Shown: piece by piece, positions 1 to 12,167 of the stretch | Numbering within the stretch: the first letter of the stretch is position 1 | How the letters are laid out: the number at the start of each line of letters is the position of its first letter | NCBI GenBank assembly: GCA_973895155.1 | Contig: OZ316896.1 | Span: 14,976,684-15,040,683, forward strand | From: Marsupella aquatica | Taxonomy: Eukaryota; Plantae; Marchantiophyta | Direction of reading: 5' to 3' | Length of the DNA: 64,000 bases | The notes under the pieces: generated by a model | Told to the model about the DNA's origin: nothing | Seen by the model: only the letters and a program-made list of their open reading frames with translations | The model's database searches: none | Program-made: the position numbers and the translations under genes

Positions 1-183
1 GGTTTCATAAACAGTACCGTGGGGACTCGCCCTAAGCGTAGGCAAAATTGTGAGTGGGTTTTCATTGAGGGTCCTCCGCCAGCACCTTATGGCCAGACAT
101 ATCATCATGACCATTGCCTAGTTGTAGCAACAAGGACCATTAACTCAGGGGATGAGTTATTTACTCACTATGAGTGGGATTAG
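1..183 (+). CDS. 3' end of a SET-domain (lysine methyltransferase-like) ORF, truncated by the window edge
   Basis: Frame 1 from base 1 is open to TAG at 181-183: GFINSTVGTRPKRRQNCEWVFIEGPPPAPYGQTYHHDHCLVVATRTINSGDELFTHYEWD*. This matches the SET C-terminal motifs (RFINHS..PNC ... A.RDI..GEEL..DY). Missing from the ORF track because no start codon lies in the window. Confidence 0.8.
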   Translation, partial: GFINSTVGTRPKRRQNCEWVFIEGPPPAPYGQTYHHDHCLVVATRTINSGDELFTHYEWD

Positions 184-359
184 GGTTAAGTTAAGGGTCA
201 TAGGTGGTATGTTGCATATCAAAGGGCACTACATATGGCCTTTGGCCACATTTTGTATTTGCACCACAACCAATATTATTTCATTTTTGCACACCCCTAG
301 CCCATTTGTGTGTGTGTTCTCTTTGCAATATAACTTTCAATTGTTTGCTTTGTTTTTAG

Positions 360-2358
360 AATGTGCGACCCTCTCCAAATATGTTACCACGGAGATTGAG
401 AGCAACATATCAAGAAATGGGTATGCTAGAAGAAGGACATGGATCAGAGTCACACTCCTCATCAAGTGCTAGTGGAAGCAGTAACCCTGATGAAGAGGTA
501 CCTCAGACGGATGAACAAGTAACTGATGACCAGGATAGAGCCATGGATGACTTTATGGTTGATTGGTTTGGTGCCGACAACCTTGGTGATGACCTTCCCA
601 ATGAAGGGTAGGTGCCCCCCAATGATCCACACCCAAGACATACCCCTGAGGGACAACGCCAATGGGAAGAAGCAGAGGAACATGCCCGAACACCTATCTA
701 TGAGGGTGCTCGTTTGAGTCGTCTTTCAGCCATCTTGGGGTTGATGAACCTACAGGCCAAACACAAGGCAAGCAATGCCTTGTTATCTGATATGTTTGCA
801 CTTTGCCATGACCTTATGTTGCCCACTGAGAATGTGTTGCCAGCAACTTGGAAGGAGGCAAAGAGTGTTCTCTCATCTATTGGCATGGAATATCATATTG
901 TTCATGCATGTGTGAATGATTGCATGTTATTTCATGGGGCCAATGCAAACATGACACAATGTACAACATGTGATGAGCCTCGCTATGACCCCAACATGCT
1001 AACAAAGAAGGTGCCAAGGAAGGCTGTTCGTTGGTTTCCCATCATTCCTCGGTTGTTGCACATGTATCGGTGTTCTGACTTGGCAGAGTTGATGGTATGG
1101 CATAAGACTCATCGATCAGAGTCTGGTGTCATGCGGTTGCCAGTTGACTCCCCTGCTCACAAACATATTGAGGCAACATGGCCAGACTTTGCACATGATC
1201 CTCGCCATGTGAGGCTAGGATTGGCATCTGATGGAGTTAGCCCTCATTCACTTGGAGGAAAGGGGCAACCTACATCAGTTTGGCCTGTGGTTGTCATGAA
1301 TTATAACCTCCCACCATGGCTATCCATGAAGAAGGGGTTCCTTTTATTGTCTTTGATTATCCCAGGTCCAAAAAAGGTGAAGAACTTTGACACTTACTTG
1401 GCACTATTGGTTGGAGAACTTCAAAAATTATGGAATGGAGTGTGGGCATATGATGGCAGGAAAATTACAGGAGGTTTTCCACGTGTCTTTCAATTGAGAG
1501 GGATCATTTGTTGGACAATGCATGACTATCCTGGTAAGATGACTTCCATGCCATTTGCAACCCTTCAATAATGTGTAGTTCCTATTGATGTTTCTCATGT
1601 GACAACTCTAACATAAAGTTTGCATGGTTTGATTTCTTCTATGTAAGCAGGGTTTGGTTTTGTCTCTGGATTGCAAACTCAGGGGTACAAAGCTTGCTCT
1701 ACTTGTGGCCCAAGCTTAGAGGACATGGCCACATATTGTTCATGGATTAGAAAGATTGTTTATATTGGGCATACAAAGTTTCTTCCCATGGGGCATGAGA
1801 TGAGGTTTGACCCACTTCTATTCTCCTCCTTTGACATGCCATTTGGTGATGAGCGTGAAATTCCTGATGCAACAAGTTTTGCACATTGGAAGTCACTAGC
1901 TGATAGGGTGGCAGACCCAAATGATTCCTTCACCTTTGATAGGACAGGTTTGACCAGGTGGAGTATACTAGCCACTTTGCCCTATTGGTCTGAGTTGAAG
2001 ATCCGCCATCTTTTAGACCCCATGCACATAGAGGGAAATGTGGGGAAGGCTTTGATAAAGCATTTTTATGGGGAGAAGGACACTAATTTTAGGGAGGCAT
2101 GCGAGGAGATGGAAATGCATCCAGATGTTTGGGTGACAATTGATCCTATCACAGGTGTGGAGAATCGTCCTTCTGCTCCTTGGGTGTTGAGTGTTGGCCA
2201 AAGACGTGAATTTTGGAACCGTATAGGAGAGATGCGGTTTCCTACAGGCTATGGTGCCAACCTTCGAAAAGCTTTTGGGATGGAGGACAATCACAAGTGG
2301 CCACGATATCTGAAGACACATGACTATCATCGCCTATTGCAGCATATATTGCCTCCGT
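360..2358 (+). pseudogene. CACTA transposase (Transposase_21/TnpD-like), disrupted
   Basis: Motifs HACVNDCMLF, FPIIPRL, RHVRLGLASDGVSP, WPVVVMNYNLPPW, HDYPG|FG (GT-AG intron 1534-1650), HLLDPMHIEGN, LKTHDYHRLLQHILP. In-frame TAG at 609-611; homology stops abruptly at about 2358. Confidence 0.9.
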
Positions 2359-3089
2359 GGTACGTCTGTCCCTCCTCCTCCCTTCCTCTTTCTCCTCCCT
2401 CCTTCCTCTTCCATTGTACTCCCTCCCTTTTCCATCCTTCATTGTACCTCCCTCCATCCTCCCTTCCTCTGCCCTCCTGCCCCATCCATATATTGGACCA
2501 TCCACCCTCTTCATTGTCTCACCTCACAATAATCTTAATTTTTAGTTTGCAAACAATTTGCGAAGCTCACAAACTCTCACCGGGCTCGCAATTTCTATGA
2601 ATCTTCTCGTTTCTCAATATTTCCATACTACACTCTTCGCACACTTGTGATGCAAAATCAATCACAAATTTCATATTTTCACCGTTTTGCAAATCTTCCA
2701 TCCTCCGACATTCTCAAACTTGTCAAACAAATACTATCGCAAAACATTTTCAATCCAATCTTCTTCGCAAATATTTACATGAGTTAGTTTCGGAGTCGGC
2801 GAGCGATTTTTCCGTCTTCAGAAGGCGCCTTTCCATTCAACGCGTTTCGGTAAAATTTGCAAAACCACGTACTTCGCAATTTATTAGCGATATAATTCGC
2901 TTCAGCTATTAGATTTGCGATAGGGATAGAATCACAAATTGCGATGCGGGTTGATTCGCAAAATATGCAAAGCGCCGCCCATCGGAAATACAAGAGCGTC
3001 GACAAAAATACCTTCGCAAAAGTGTCAAATATGTTGTAGTGAAGAATGTATATAAATGCATGCATCTAAGGTCATATGCTTCGAATACC

Positions 3090-3931
3090 TTGACGGCTTC
3101 TTCACGTTTTGCATCTTCTGCTGAAATAACTTGAAATTCTCAGGATCAATTAAATCCTTGTAAACTGAGAGGTCTGTGCGCAAAACTCTTCTGGACCCGA
3201 TCAGCTTCCAGCACCCATGAATTTTTGACGTGGCATTGTGTCAACCTGACATTCAGGATAGAATTCAGCAATTAGCCAGACCAAATTGGGCATGAAAAAT
3301 GAATCAAAAAGATCAAATGTGTCAAAGATCTTCTCACCAGTTGAGAGCATGCATCGCAGATTCAATCTGCACGAAAGTATCCTTCTCTCCTTTGAATATC
3401 TTTGAGACAACTTGAGGATGATATTTGACATCGTGACAATTCTCAGCAGCAAGTAGGTTCCACGAATAGACGGTGATTGCCATCGAATACACAAAACATT
3501 TTATCCTTGAGCACAGCAAAATCAGGATGCGAATCACACTCCCTCTTGAAAGCTTCATTCTGCGCCAACCACATTGGATCCCAGCTCTGTCTGATTGTGT
3601 CATTCAGAAATTGTACGTCCCCATTCTCATTTCTCATTTGCACATAGAAACGAGGCGCATCCTCAATGTACCCCTGAGCTCTGAACTCATTCTTCAAAGT
3701 CTCAATTGCATTCAAATCTGTCTGAAGAGACCTTACGAGTTGCATGTTCTGCATTCGACATAGTGGAATTTGGGGGGGAACAAGAGTATACCCAAATTTG
3801 TCTGGCCCAAACTGGTAAAGGTGTTGGTTAATGACAACTGAGAAAGGCTCAGACTTGACAGAATCCATCAAAGGTGGCACAATATCCATAGGATCAACAA
3901 GCTTTTGCCTCCTTGGCGTTTTCAGCCCCAA
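3090..3931 (-). pseudogene. Degenerate ParB/Srx-like domain gene (TE-associated)
   Basis: VRSL....I..LKNEF..QGY followed by MFCVFDGNHRLF, a ParB-type DGxHR motif. A frameshift continues into WNLLAAENCHDVKYHPQV...MHALN. Boundaries approximate. Confidence 0.65.
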
Positions 3932-4139
3932 AGCAAGTGCTTTGTGGCTTGTAGAACTCCTGGTCTCTCGACGTTGAGAGGCAACTAGCTAATTGTGAGG
4001 CAACGAACAAAATAGACTCAGGGGATGCAAAAGATGCCATCGACTGATAAGGAGAGAAGAACCACACGAAGGGCATACAAGGAATTGGTATGGGGATTTG
4101 CAAAGGAATCCAAAGTCACATATGTTAGGAATCCAAAGC

Positions 4140-4340
4140 AAGACACATGATCAAAATTCAGCATCCAATAGCACAGTCTCGCCGGTGCGGGCAAAATACT
4201 TTCGACCGGGATCAGAAAAATCTCATTTATCAGAAGCTTCTTCTCCCTCTACTTTCGCTTCCCTATATATCACTCTCTCCATGGTCGTTGCTGCAGTAGT
4301 TTTTGTTGTCTCTGTCGTAGTTGCTGGAGTTCCTTTGGCT
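4140..4340 (-). pseudogene. Fragment paralogous to the N-terminus of the ParB-like gene at 27.7 kb
   Basis: 4176-4232 (tctcgccggtgcgggcaaaatactttcgaccgggatcagaaaaatctcatttatc) is nearly identical to 27701-27755. It translates as INEIFLIPVESILPAPARLCYWMLNFDHV. Confidence 0.8.
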
Positions 4341-4341
4341 G

Positions 4342-4625
4342 GCATCTCAGGGGTCTCACTATATGGGGACCTCCCCATCACCTGCGACGTTTTTAGGGCT
4401 CGAACCCCCTAAAATGTACGATTTAAAAAAATAAAATTTAACCCCTATAAAGTTAGAATATTCTTGGATTATTCCAAAAATTGGATTAAAAGGACCCTAA
4501 TGTTCTTATAAATCTCAAAATTGAATTTAAACAACCCTATTGTTCTTCTGTAGAAATTCTTAAGTCTTCCCTTAGAACCAATAAAACGACCCTAGCCTTC
4601 GTCGCACGTGATATGTCATTTTTGT
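4342..4625 (+). repeat. Dispersed AT-rich repeat, copy 1 (about 45-bp internal periodicity)
   Basis: Recurrent attaaaa..accct..gttctt units. Similar to the reverse complement of 19955-20210 and to 53920-54150. Confidence 0.65.
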
Positions 4626-6170
4626 GGAAGTGAAACCCCTGAGGCTGGCATAGACTCAATTATGTTGCGTGCTTGTGTACTTTTCTTCAACTTCACCAAA
4701 GACTCTACCCATAGATTTGCTTTTCCCATGCCAGGTTGATCAAGCGTTTCTTCAAAGGCTAGTGCCTTGTCAATCCAAACATTTGAGTCTAGTGATAACA
4801 AACCTGCTTTCTCAAGCAAATTGTTTAAAGTCCATGTGGTTGGAAGAAAGAAGTTTGATGGGTTGTTTAGAATGTTGAGTTTCAAATATAGAAACCCATA
4901 AAGAATGTCCAAGGGAAGCATTCCCTTCAGTCCTTCAATAATCTTCTCCTTCGTGTAGGATTTTGGAAAAAATCCCATCGACAACAGACTCAATTCCCCA
5001 CTTGCATGTACCATAATATTCCACATTGAACTCGGCCTGCCTTTGACGGGAGTTGCAATTGTGCCCACCTCATTGTGTCAGCCACCTCTACAATGATAGA
5101 ATTCATTCCTCTTCCTACAATGTTTGATTGTTGCTTGTCCTGATGATCTTGACACACAAAATTGGATATTTCCTAACAGTTTCTTGACTGCAGCCGGAAG
5201 TTTACTCGTGAGAACTCAAGTCCCCACCGAAATCCTGGATCACGGTCCTTCAAAATGAGTCCATCGTCGCAATCTGTTGCTGAAATGGCGTGATTTATAT
5301 TCACAAGATCACTCCCTGCATCAGAGAGTGTAAATTCATGTTAAACTTGAAATCCATGAAATTAGTTTCAACAAATCACTGACAAAGTGAGATTGAGGGC
5401 TGTTGGATTCGGACCATCCAAATCCAAACAACCCTCTTGGATTTGGATGGTCTGAATCCAATGACTCAACATGCACGAATAAACCTCCAGAAACTTACTT
5501 TGGACTTGTGATTGAAATGTTTGGGAATTCACAAGTGCTAGGGCCACAAGATCACCGATAGAGGAGAGATCCAAATCGTCAGATTCCTCCGCTAGCAGGA
5601 TGATGACGGTTTTCTTGGCAACTTCCATTTTCTAGAGTGACGCACAGCTTGAAATGTGCACGGGCTTGTTGTGACTCTACTCATTCCCACTCCCCCATTG
5701 AAGTCCAGGGACATGGTGCCTTGGTAAGCATGGCCTCCTGCTCCAGTTCCTTCCGTATCAATGTTTGAGGAAAGCTGTCCTTCAAGCGAGAAAACCCCGC
5801 GGAAAACTAGTTCTCCCTGTTTCTCTTTAGCCTTGATTGATGCTTCAATCCAAAAGTATGAAACAATCTGCAACTCCCACTGCATACGTGCCCAATCTTC
5901 TCCAGGAACAGACAATCTGTGAGCAACACGTTTGAAGCACTCTCCAACAATATGAGTGGTGCCTCCGTGCAGCTTGAAGAGGGCTTTATATTATTGAACT
6001 TGTCTTATTGGAGAGTACCTTGCACAAAAGCAGAAAAAATGCCATCAAAGCTTCTGGGCTCCTTTTCAGATTCATCAGTCAGAGATCCAATGAATGAATT
6101 TCCAAACCAGTCAGCTTAGTTAGACGTCACGGCTGCCAATACAAGTTCTACCATAATTTTGCCTTCGTCA
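4616..6170 (-). pseudogene. Degraded coding fragments of unknown, probably TE-borne gene(s)
   Basis: Co-oriented protein-like ORF pieces (5592-5915, 5368-5628, 4616-5068) broken by stops and frameshifts. No family recognised. Confidence 0.3.
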
Positions 6171-6420
6171 TTGCCATGGTACGGAAGGTGCAATGAGATG
6201 TTGGTACACACGCAACAGACTGTCAAGAAAAGGCAAGACACAACCTAATGCAGCAATGAGATGTTGCTGCAACATGCAATGGACTTAGGCCACAAGGGAG
6301 TCAAGCAGCAAAGATGTTGCTACGCTACACACGCAAGAAATTGTCAAAGAAAGGCAATGTAGCCTGAATGCAAATGTGTGCAGCAACCAGATGTTGTTAC
6401 GGTCAAAATGCAGAACTCTT

Positions 6421-6683
6421 TTAACAATGCTCAATGACCAGAATTAAGTCCACAACGCTTTGAAGGATCGATGCAAGCTATACTGAAAATGAACACAGAA
6501 TCCACTGATGACATAATGGGAAAGAAAACCCTATGAGGTATTTGTAGTACTCTATTAACAATGCTCAATGACCAGAAGTCCACAATGCTTTGAAGATCGA
6601 TGCAAGCTATACTGAAGAAGAGCACAGAATCCACTGATGACATAATGGGAAAGAAAACCCTCAGTATGAGGGTATTTGTAGTC
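6421..6683. repeat. About 135-bp tandem duplication
   Basis: ttaacaatgctcaatgaccagaa...cacagaatccactgatgacataatgggaaagaaaaccct...gtatttgtagt occurs at 6421 and about 6555. Confidence 0.9.
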
Positions 6684-9184
6684 GGTCGAGTCCACGAAAT
6701 GCCCCGCGAAATGCTGATTGCTGAGCTAAGCCACGTCCTCCAAAATGTTGTTACTTGTTACACAGAGAAGGTAGCGGTTATCTAAGTTGAAATTCCCGCT
6801 TCGATCATATTACAATGCACCATAGCTCCATCTCCCGCTTTGTTCTACAAGTAGGATTCATGGAATAGTAGCTGATTGTGCCTTGATTTCATGTTTCTTG
6901 CTAAGCAAATGAGATCAGGATCAAGAGGGATATATCGGTGGCAAAGTTGCTCCCCCCTGATGTGGGAACGGTGGCAGGTGGTAAGTCGATCGGCAGCTAA
7001 TGGCGTAGTGCTTAGGGGCAAAACAAGGTGACGAATGCAAGATTGCCACCTGCAAACTGTGTGGCTACAATAATGTGTTTTTACAAGACATTCATCAAAA
7101 TAGCTATCCTATGGATGATTTTCAAACCCCTTTTGCAGAATTTCAAACCCCTTTTGCAGAAAAGTGCAACCTTAGGTTTGATTTAATATTTTTCCCCCTT
7201 AAGGAAATTATAAAGTTACATTTAACCCAAAATCCCCAGCAATGTCGGGCTTTTTTTTCGAGACGATTGGCTGGACTTGGCACTTGACACCCAAGCACTT
7301 AAAACTCTGTCAGGGAATTGTACCTTGCACTGTCCAGCCTTCCAAGCAAAGTAACTTCGTCTAAGCCCACCACTCTCTTTACAAATGCACACTAAACGAA
7401 AGATGCAATGCCTCGCTGCTCTCTCTACAAATGTACAAGAGAAAGAAAGATGCAATCGAGGATGCAATGCGTACATCATTGGCCACGTACTATACTTACT
7501 AGGCCGAGCTCTGCACACCCTCTCTAAGGCAATTAAGGACAATAGCCAAGAGTTAAAAACGAGCATAATTAATACACTGAGGGTGAGGGCACCAACACGA
7601 CCAGGTTCCAATCCAATAGATCAGAGCTTCAACCTGCAATATATTGCTCAATATATATATAGCTCAATCCAGCCCATTAAAGCATGTGACCACAGAACAG
7701 ATTCGTTCACTCATTCGTCCAACATGATTGACATGACCAGTGAGGATATGAACTCACGAGTAGGGGATAGCTAGCAACTCCTAGTGCGTCCATGGCCTTC
7801 AAGGTGATAGAAATTTCAATGACTCCGAGAACCAGACATACGCACACCGAGTCACAGTCATGGACCAGTAGTAGAGTAAAACCGCAAGCCACGTTCGAGC
7901 CGGCCAAGTCAATTACTGTCCTTAATTAAGCAACCTTCTTCTTGCTTAGATCTAGCTCCAAGCCCGGGATCGAGGCAAAAGCACTGTCCGAACTCTCGTT
8001 TAACCTTAATTTCCTGTCCCCAACACCAATCAATTAAAAACACAGACTGAGCCATTAAAGAAAAGTCGAATCTGAGACTCCCAGCTTGAGGTCAAGAGAG
8101 AGCACAGGCAGGGAGTAAATTAAGATTTATGACAAGTTACAGCGAGCAAACGAGCACCCAGACAGTGAGCAGTGAGCACCAACAGCGAGCAGCATCCGGC
8201 AGCAGCGAGAAGCAGCACAAGTAAACAGCAAAGAGGGTCCCAACAGTGTCCAGCAGAAGACAAAACCACTCTATAGCATCGAGCAACAGCCCAGATCAAA
8301 GATTGCTCCAAAGCGCGCCAGTGCACACCCATATATTGAGTGACCATATAGAAGACTGCGGATTTCCGTGCTGAGCTCACCATATGCTCGAACCGAACAA
8401 AATACAGTAGTAGCAAATGAATACAAGACAGTCTAACTGGTACGTTTTCAAAAGTGCCAAATTTGTAACAAGTTCTAAACGGACTTTATTTCTTAGTTCC
8501 TTTATTTGGGCACATGCAACAATCGGCCCTAACCAGAAGTTCTGTATTATTGCATCAACTATAACAAAAGAACGTGAAGGGTAATCCTATGTATGCTACC
8601 CTTCACAGAAACCCAGATCCACTAGCTACTGTATCGGTGCATGCTGCGCGCAGCTAGCTCCAGACAGACTGCAGGTGAGCTTCAAACTCGCATTGCAGTC
8701 AAAAGGGTAGTAAGTGTTACACACACTAATTCAAGTCCTACGGTTGGAATTGAAGCTTCACATGTGCCTGAAACTTTCAGCTATATATTGTGACCAGTTT
8801 CCAACGAAGCAAGCCAAGTTCAAAACGCTAAACTGCATCCAAGCCTGACTTCCAGCCCGAGCCGTGCCCAGATCAGCCTCATTCAGCTATCAACTCGTGA
8901 GCTAGATCAGCCTCATTGAGTTCTCAACTGATACTATAGAATAAGTAGTGTCGTCGTCCACGACGATGGAATTTCTTGGCTCGAAGCTGGTCGCATAAGC
9001 AGTAACGTACACATCTGCGAAGTATATGAAATGCAATCCATGGCAGCTACAGACAATCGTCGATTCCTGAGAGATACTCGTTCATGTTGCACATTTTGTT
9101 TGGTCCTGTGCTCCCGCCTGGGCTTGGCCTGCAGGGCGGAACATTCTAAGTAATGTCGATCCGTCTACGAAGTTGATCGATCGA

Positions 9185-9580
9185 TCAGACGAAGCAATCC
9201 GCGGGCGAACACCCAAATTGACATGAAACGGAGCAAATGCCGTTCGCCTGGTCGGGCGCCGAGTTCTGAAACGCGTAGGTGGCGCCGGCCACGTTTGTAT
9301 ATACGGTGATGAACGTGCTGGGGTCCCAGGTGGCTGCACTGTTCGTCGCGCAATTGAGGTTGTAGAGGCCATCGGCGCCGGGATAGCCGTCGAAGGAGCA
9401 CACTGGGTTGTTTCTATCGTTGTCATATAGAAGAATGGAGGCATGGAAGGGATCAAGAACATTGTGATAGTAGCATGCTTCGAAATTGACACAGCCGTGT
9501 GCTGTGGATGCGAGCATGAGCATCGCGGTGAGGACCGAGAGCCCGACTGAGAGACGGGCGAGGAGAGATTTAGGATTCAT
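9185..9580 (-). CDS. Small secreted cysteine-rich protein (131 aa), unknown function
   Basis: Intronless ATG ORF with a signal peptide (..LSVLTAMLMLASTAHG|C), 8 Cys in the mature part, and a TATA box about 210 bp upstream. Confidence 0.8.
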   Translation of the reverse strand: MNPKSLLARLSVGLSVLTAMLMLASTAHGCVNFEACYYHNVLDPFHASILLYDNDRNNPVCSFDGYPGADGLYNLNCATNSAATWDPSTFITVYTNVAGATYAFQNSAPDQANGICSVSCQFGCSPADCFV

Positions 9581-9790
9581 TGTCTGCGAACCCGTCTTCG
9601 AGCTAAGAGTATCTGGTACTGGTACGAAACAATAGAATCTGATGCTCTTCCTTCTGTTGAGAAGAGAGATCTACAAGAGTGGTGGAATTGCTTGGCAAGC
9701 CAAAACCCGGCCCTAACAAAGAAAAATGGCTGGCTAATCAGTGAACGTTGACTGAGGAGCTCAATGCAGATAACCGCGAGAGGCCATGGT

Positions 9791-9797
9791 ATTTATA
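9791..9797 (-). promoter_or_regulatory. TATA box of the secreted-protein gene
   Basis: The minus strand reads CATATAAATAC. A 32-bp tandem duplication (9846-9909) lies just upstream. Confidence 0.55.
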
Positions 9798-10046
9798 TGT
9801 GGAGAATCCGTGATTGATTACTTAGTAAAACACCACGATCTGCAATGAATCCGGTAGTGATGACAGTGCTGATGCGTTGAATCCGGTAGTGATGACAGTG
9901 CTGATGCGTTGGATGGAAGCTACCGAATTGATACTTTACTAAATTAAGAACGGTGAAAAGACTCATGCAAAATTAGATAATTATAATACAAAGAGTACAA
10001 AGAGGGCGACGACGAGTCGAGAACTAGAGTGGAGTTCAATGGCGAC

Positions 10047-10150
10047 AAAAAGATGTTTGTCCATAAAAGATTGTACAAAAGATGTTTGTCCATAAAAGAT
10101 TGTACAAAAGATGTTCCATAAAAGATATTGTACAAAAAATGTTGTTCCAA
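10047..10150. repeat. 29-bp minisatellite (aaaagatgtttgtccataaaagattgtac, about 3.5 copies)
   Basis: Directly visible. The AAGATGTT motif persists in degenerate form to about 10450. Confidence 0.85.
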
Positions 10151-12167
10151 AGCAGATATGGTGATGCCAAAGATTGTAAAGTCAAAATGTAATTATTTCA
10201 AAAATGTTATTATCTCAAAGATGTTGGGAAATAAAAAGACCTTATGTCAAAGATGTCATCAAGTGCAAAGATGTTGTGGCAGCAAAAATGTTGTTAAGTT
10301 AGAAAATGTAGATAACTAAGTAAAGGGATGTAGTTAGTAACAGATGATTTTAAATACAAAGTGTTTATTAGTAGAAGATGTTGTTGATGTAACATGTGTT
10401 GTTAACCAAAAGATGCTGCCAAGTAAAAGACATTGTTGAGGTGACAGAAGTCATCAAGTAAGTGATGTAGTTGTGCAAATGGTGATGTTGTTGGGCACCC
10501 CCAACCCGGGCCCCAACCCATGCGTCTTTAAGTGCAGAACCAAGTGCCAAGACATAACAACAACCAAGGGCTCGGGGGGGGGGGGGGGGAGTTGGAACCA
10601 AGGCAAGGGGCTGAGGTAGGGCCAATGATGGCTCACTTGACACTGAGTATCTGTCCAAGTTGGGTGCGTCTGGACCTGAGACCCGGGGTGGTCCCTCCCG
10701 GCCAGTCGCAAGGGCACTCTGAGAGTAGTTTCGATTGTGTGAGGGAGGGAGGCGGTGCCAGGGCGAGTTGGGAGGGAAGTTGAGGGATTTGCCTCGCCTT
10801 GCCTTGAGGTAGCGCACTAGGGAGGAGGGAGGAATGATTGGGGTTGTCAGGGCGGAGGGAGGCGGAGGCAGCGCAGAAGGCATGCAGTTGGGGCTCGATC
10901 ACCACAACCTGCATCCAAGCTAGGGATGGCAAGGTTTTTTTGCTAAGCCGTGTTGTATTCTGCGTTTTGATTTCTTTCACCCAAAACAGCCCAGCACTTT
11001 TGAATGACGACCACGCCATAAATTGGTGCAAGAGTGTATCATAGTTTTTAATAATATATATTCTTGTGCTAGTTAGCTAGACAGTTTAAAGCTTGTGGTT
11101 GAGGGCAAATACTGAGGCGGAAGGAGAGAACTCACACGCCAAAGGAGGGACCGAGCATCAAAGATACCTCACCCCTCCTTGTCATCCATGCATGTTGAGG
11201 ATGAATTTGAATTCCTTTAAACCACTAATCGTGGTTTAAGTACTCCGGGTGACCCGGAGTAGTCATTCCAGAAACGCGAGTGTCACGTTTGCGGACGCGC
11301 GCCTCACCACAGCCCTCCGATCGAACCTCCCAGGCATCTCATTTGTTCACCGTTTGAGGTGATCTATGGCTCAGATTGAAGATCTCTTTGAGATCTACGC
11401 CTAGCAAAAAACAGCAATAAAAAATGACCCAAAATAAGTGAGAAACAACCGAAAAAGAAACAGACTCTTCTGATTGGTTGCCTACACAATTTCAAATTTC
11501 AAATTTTCGGGCAGGCAGGGCAGTGGACACCTGGCCTCTGAAATACACCTTGCAGGGGATATAGGCGGGTGGGAGCCGCCGGCCTTTGTAAGGGTTCCTC
11601 AGACGTTGCGGAGGTACCCACGGACAGGGCTCACTCCACCCGGCATGGGGGCTGGGATTCTGTTACTACTTTATGATTAGTTATGGTTCCCTTGTATTTG
11701 AAGAGTCCTCATAGCATATTGGTTGGAATCATTGCCTTCCATCCCACAGGTCTCAGGTTCAAGCTTCACTCTCGTAGACACAGGTAAAGTATCAATTTTT
11801 GGCAGTTTCTGCTGTATTCTGTACCCCATGCGGATGGCAACTACGGGAGTTAGTGCAGCCGCCACTTAGGGAGGCAATTAGGGTTAGTTACAAGACCCTT
11901 TCGAACCTCCATGATCCAACGGTCACAAATGTACCCAATGGGGAAGAGGGGTGGAGGAGTGATAACGGGGCAAAAGGGTATGTGTGGTTCACATTTGCCA
12001 TTCCTCTTCACTTCTCTATTGTTGGGTTAGTACTTCTTCTTTCTCCTTGTGTTTTTGCATTCTTTTTGTACAACTTTGTTATTATTCACCGGGTTGGGCT
12101 TGGCATCCGGTCTCCGTTCTAGAGTGTAGATAGGGTTTTTTTTACATAGGTTTTAGAGTAGGTTACT

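Larger units (their letters stand above)
1..3041 (+). mobile_element. CACTA (En/Spm) DNA transposon, right part, internally deleted
   Basis: TnpD-type transposase followed by a C/T-rich stretch, subterminal motif-rich DNA and the terminus ...ATGTTGTAGTG at 3041 (reverse complement CACTACAACATATTTGACAC). The left end lies outside the window. Confidence 0.85.

Noticed and set aside
7222-8416. ORFs possibly from a LINE 3' end or an LTR
   Set aside because: No diagnostic motif, TSD or terminus found.
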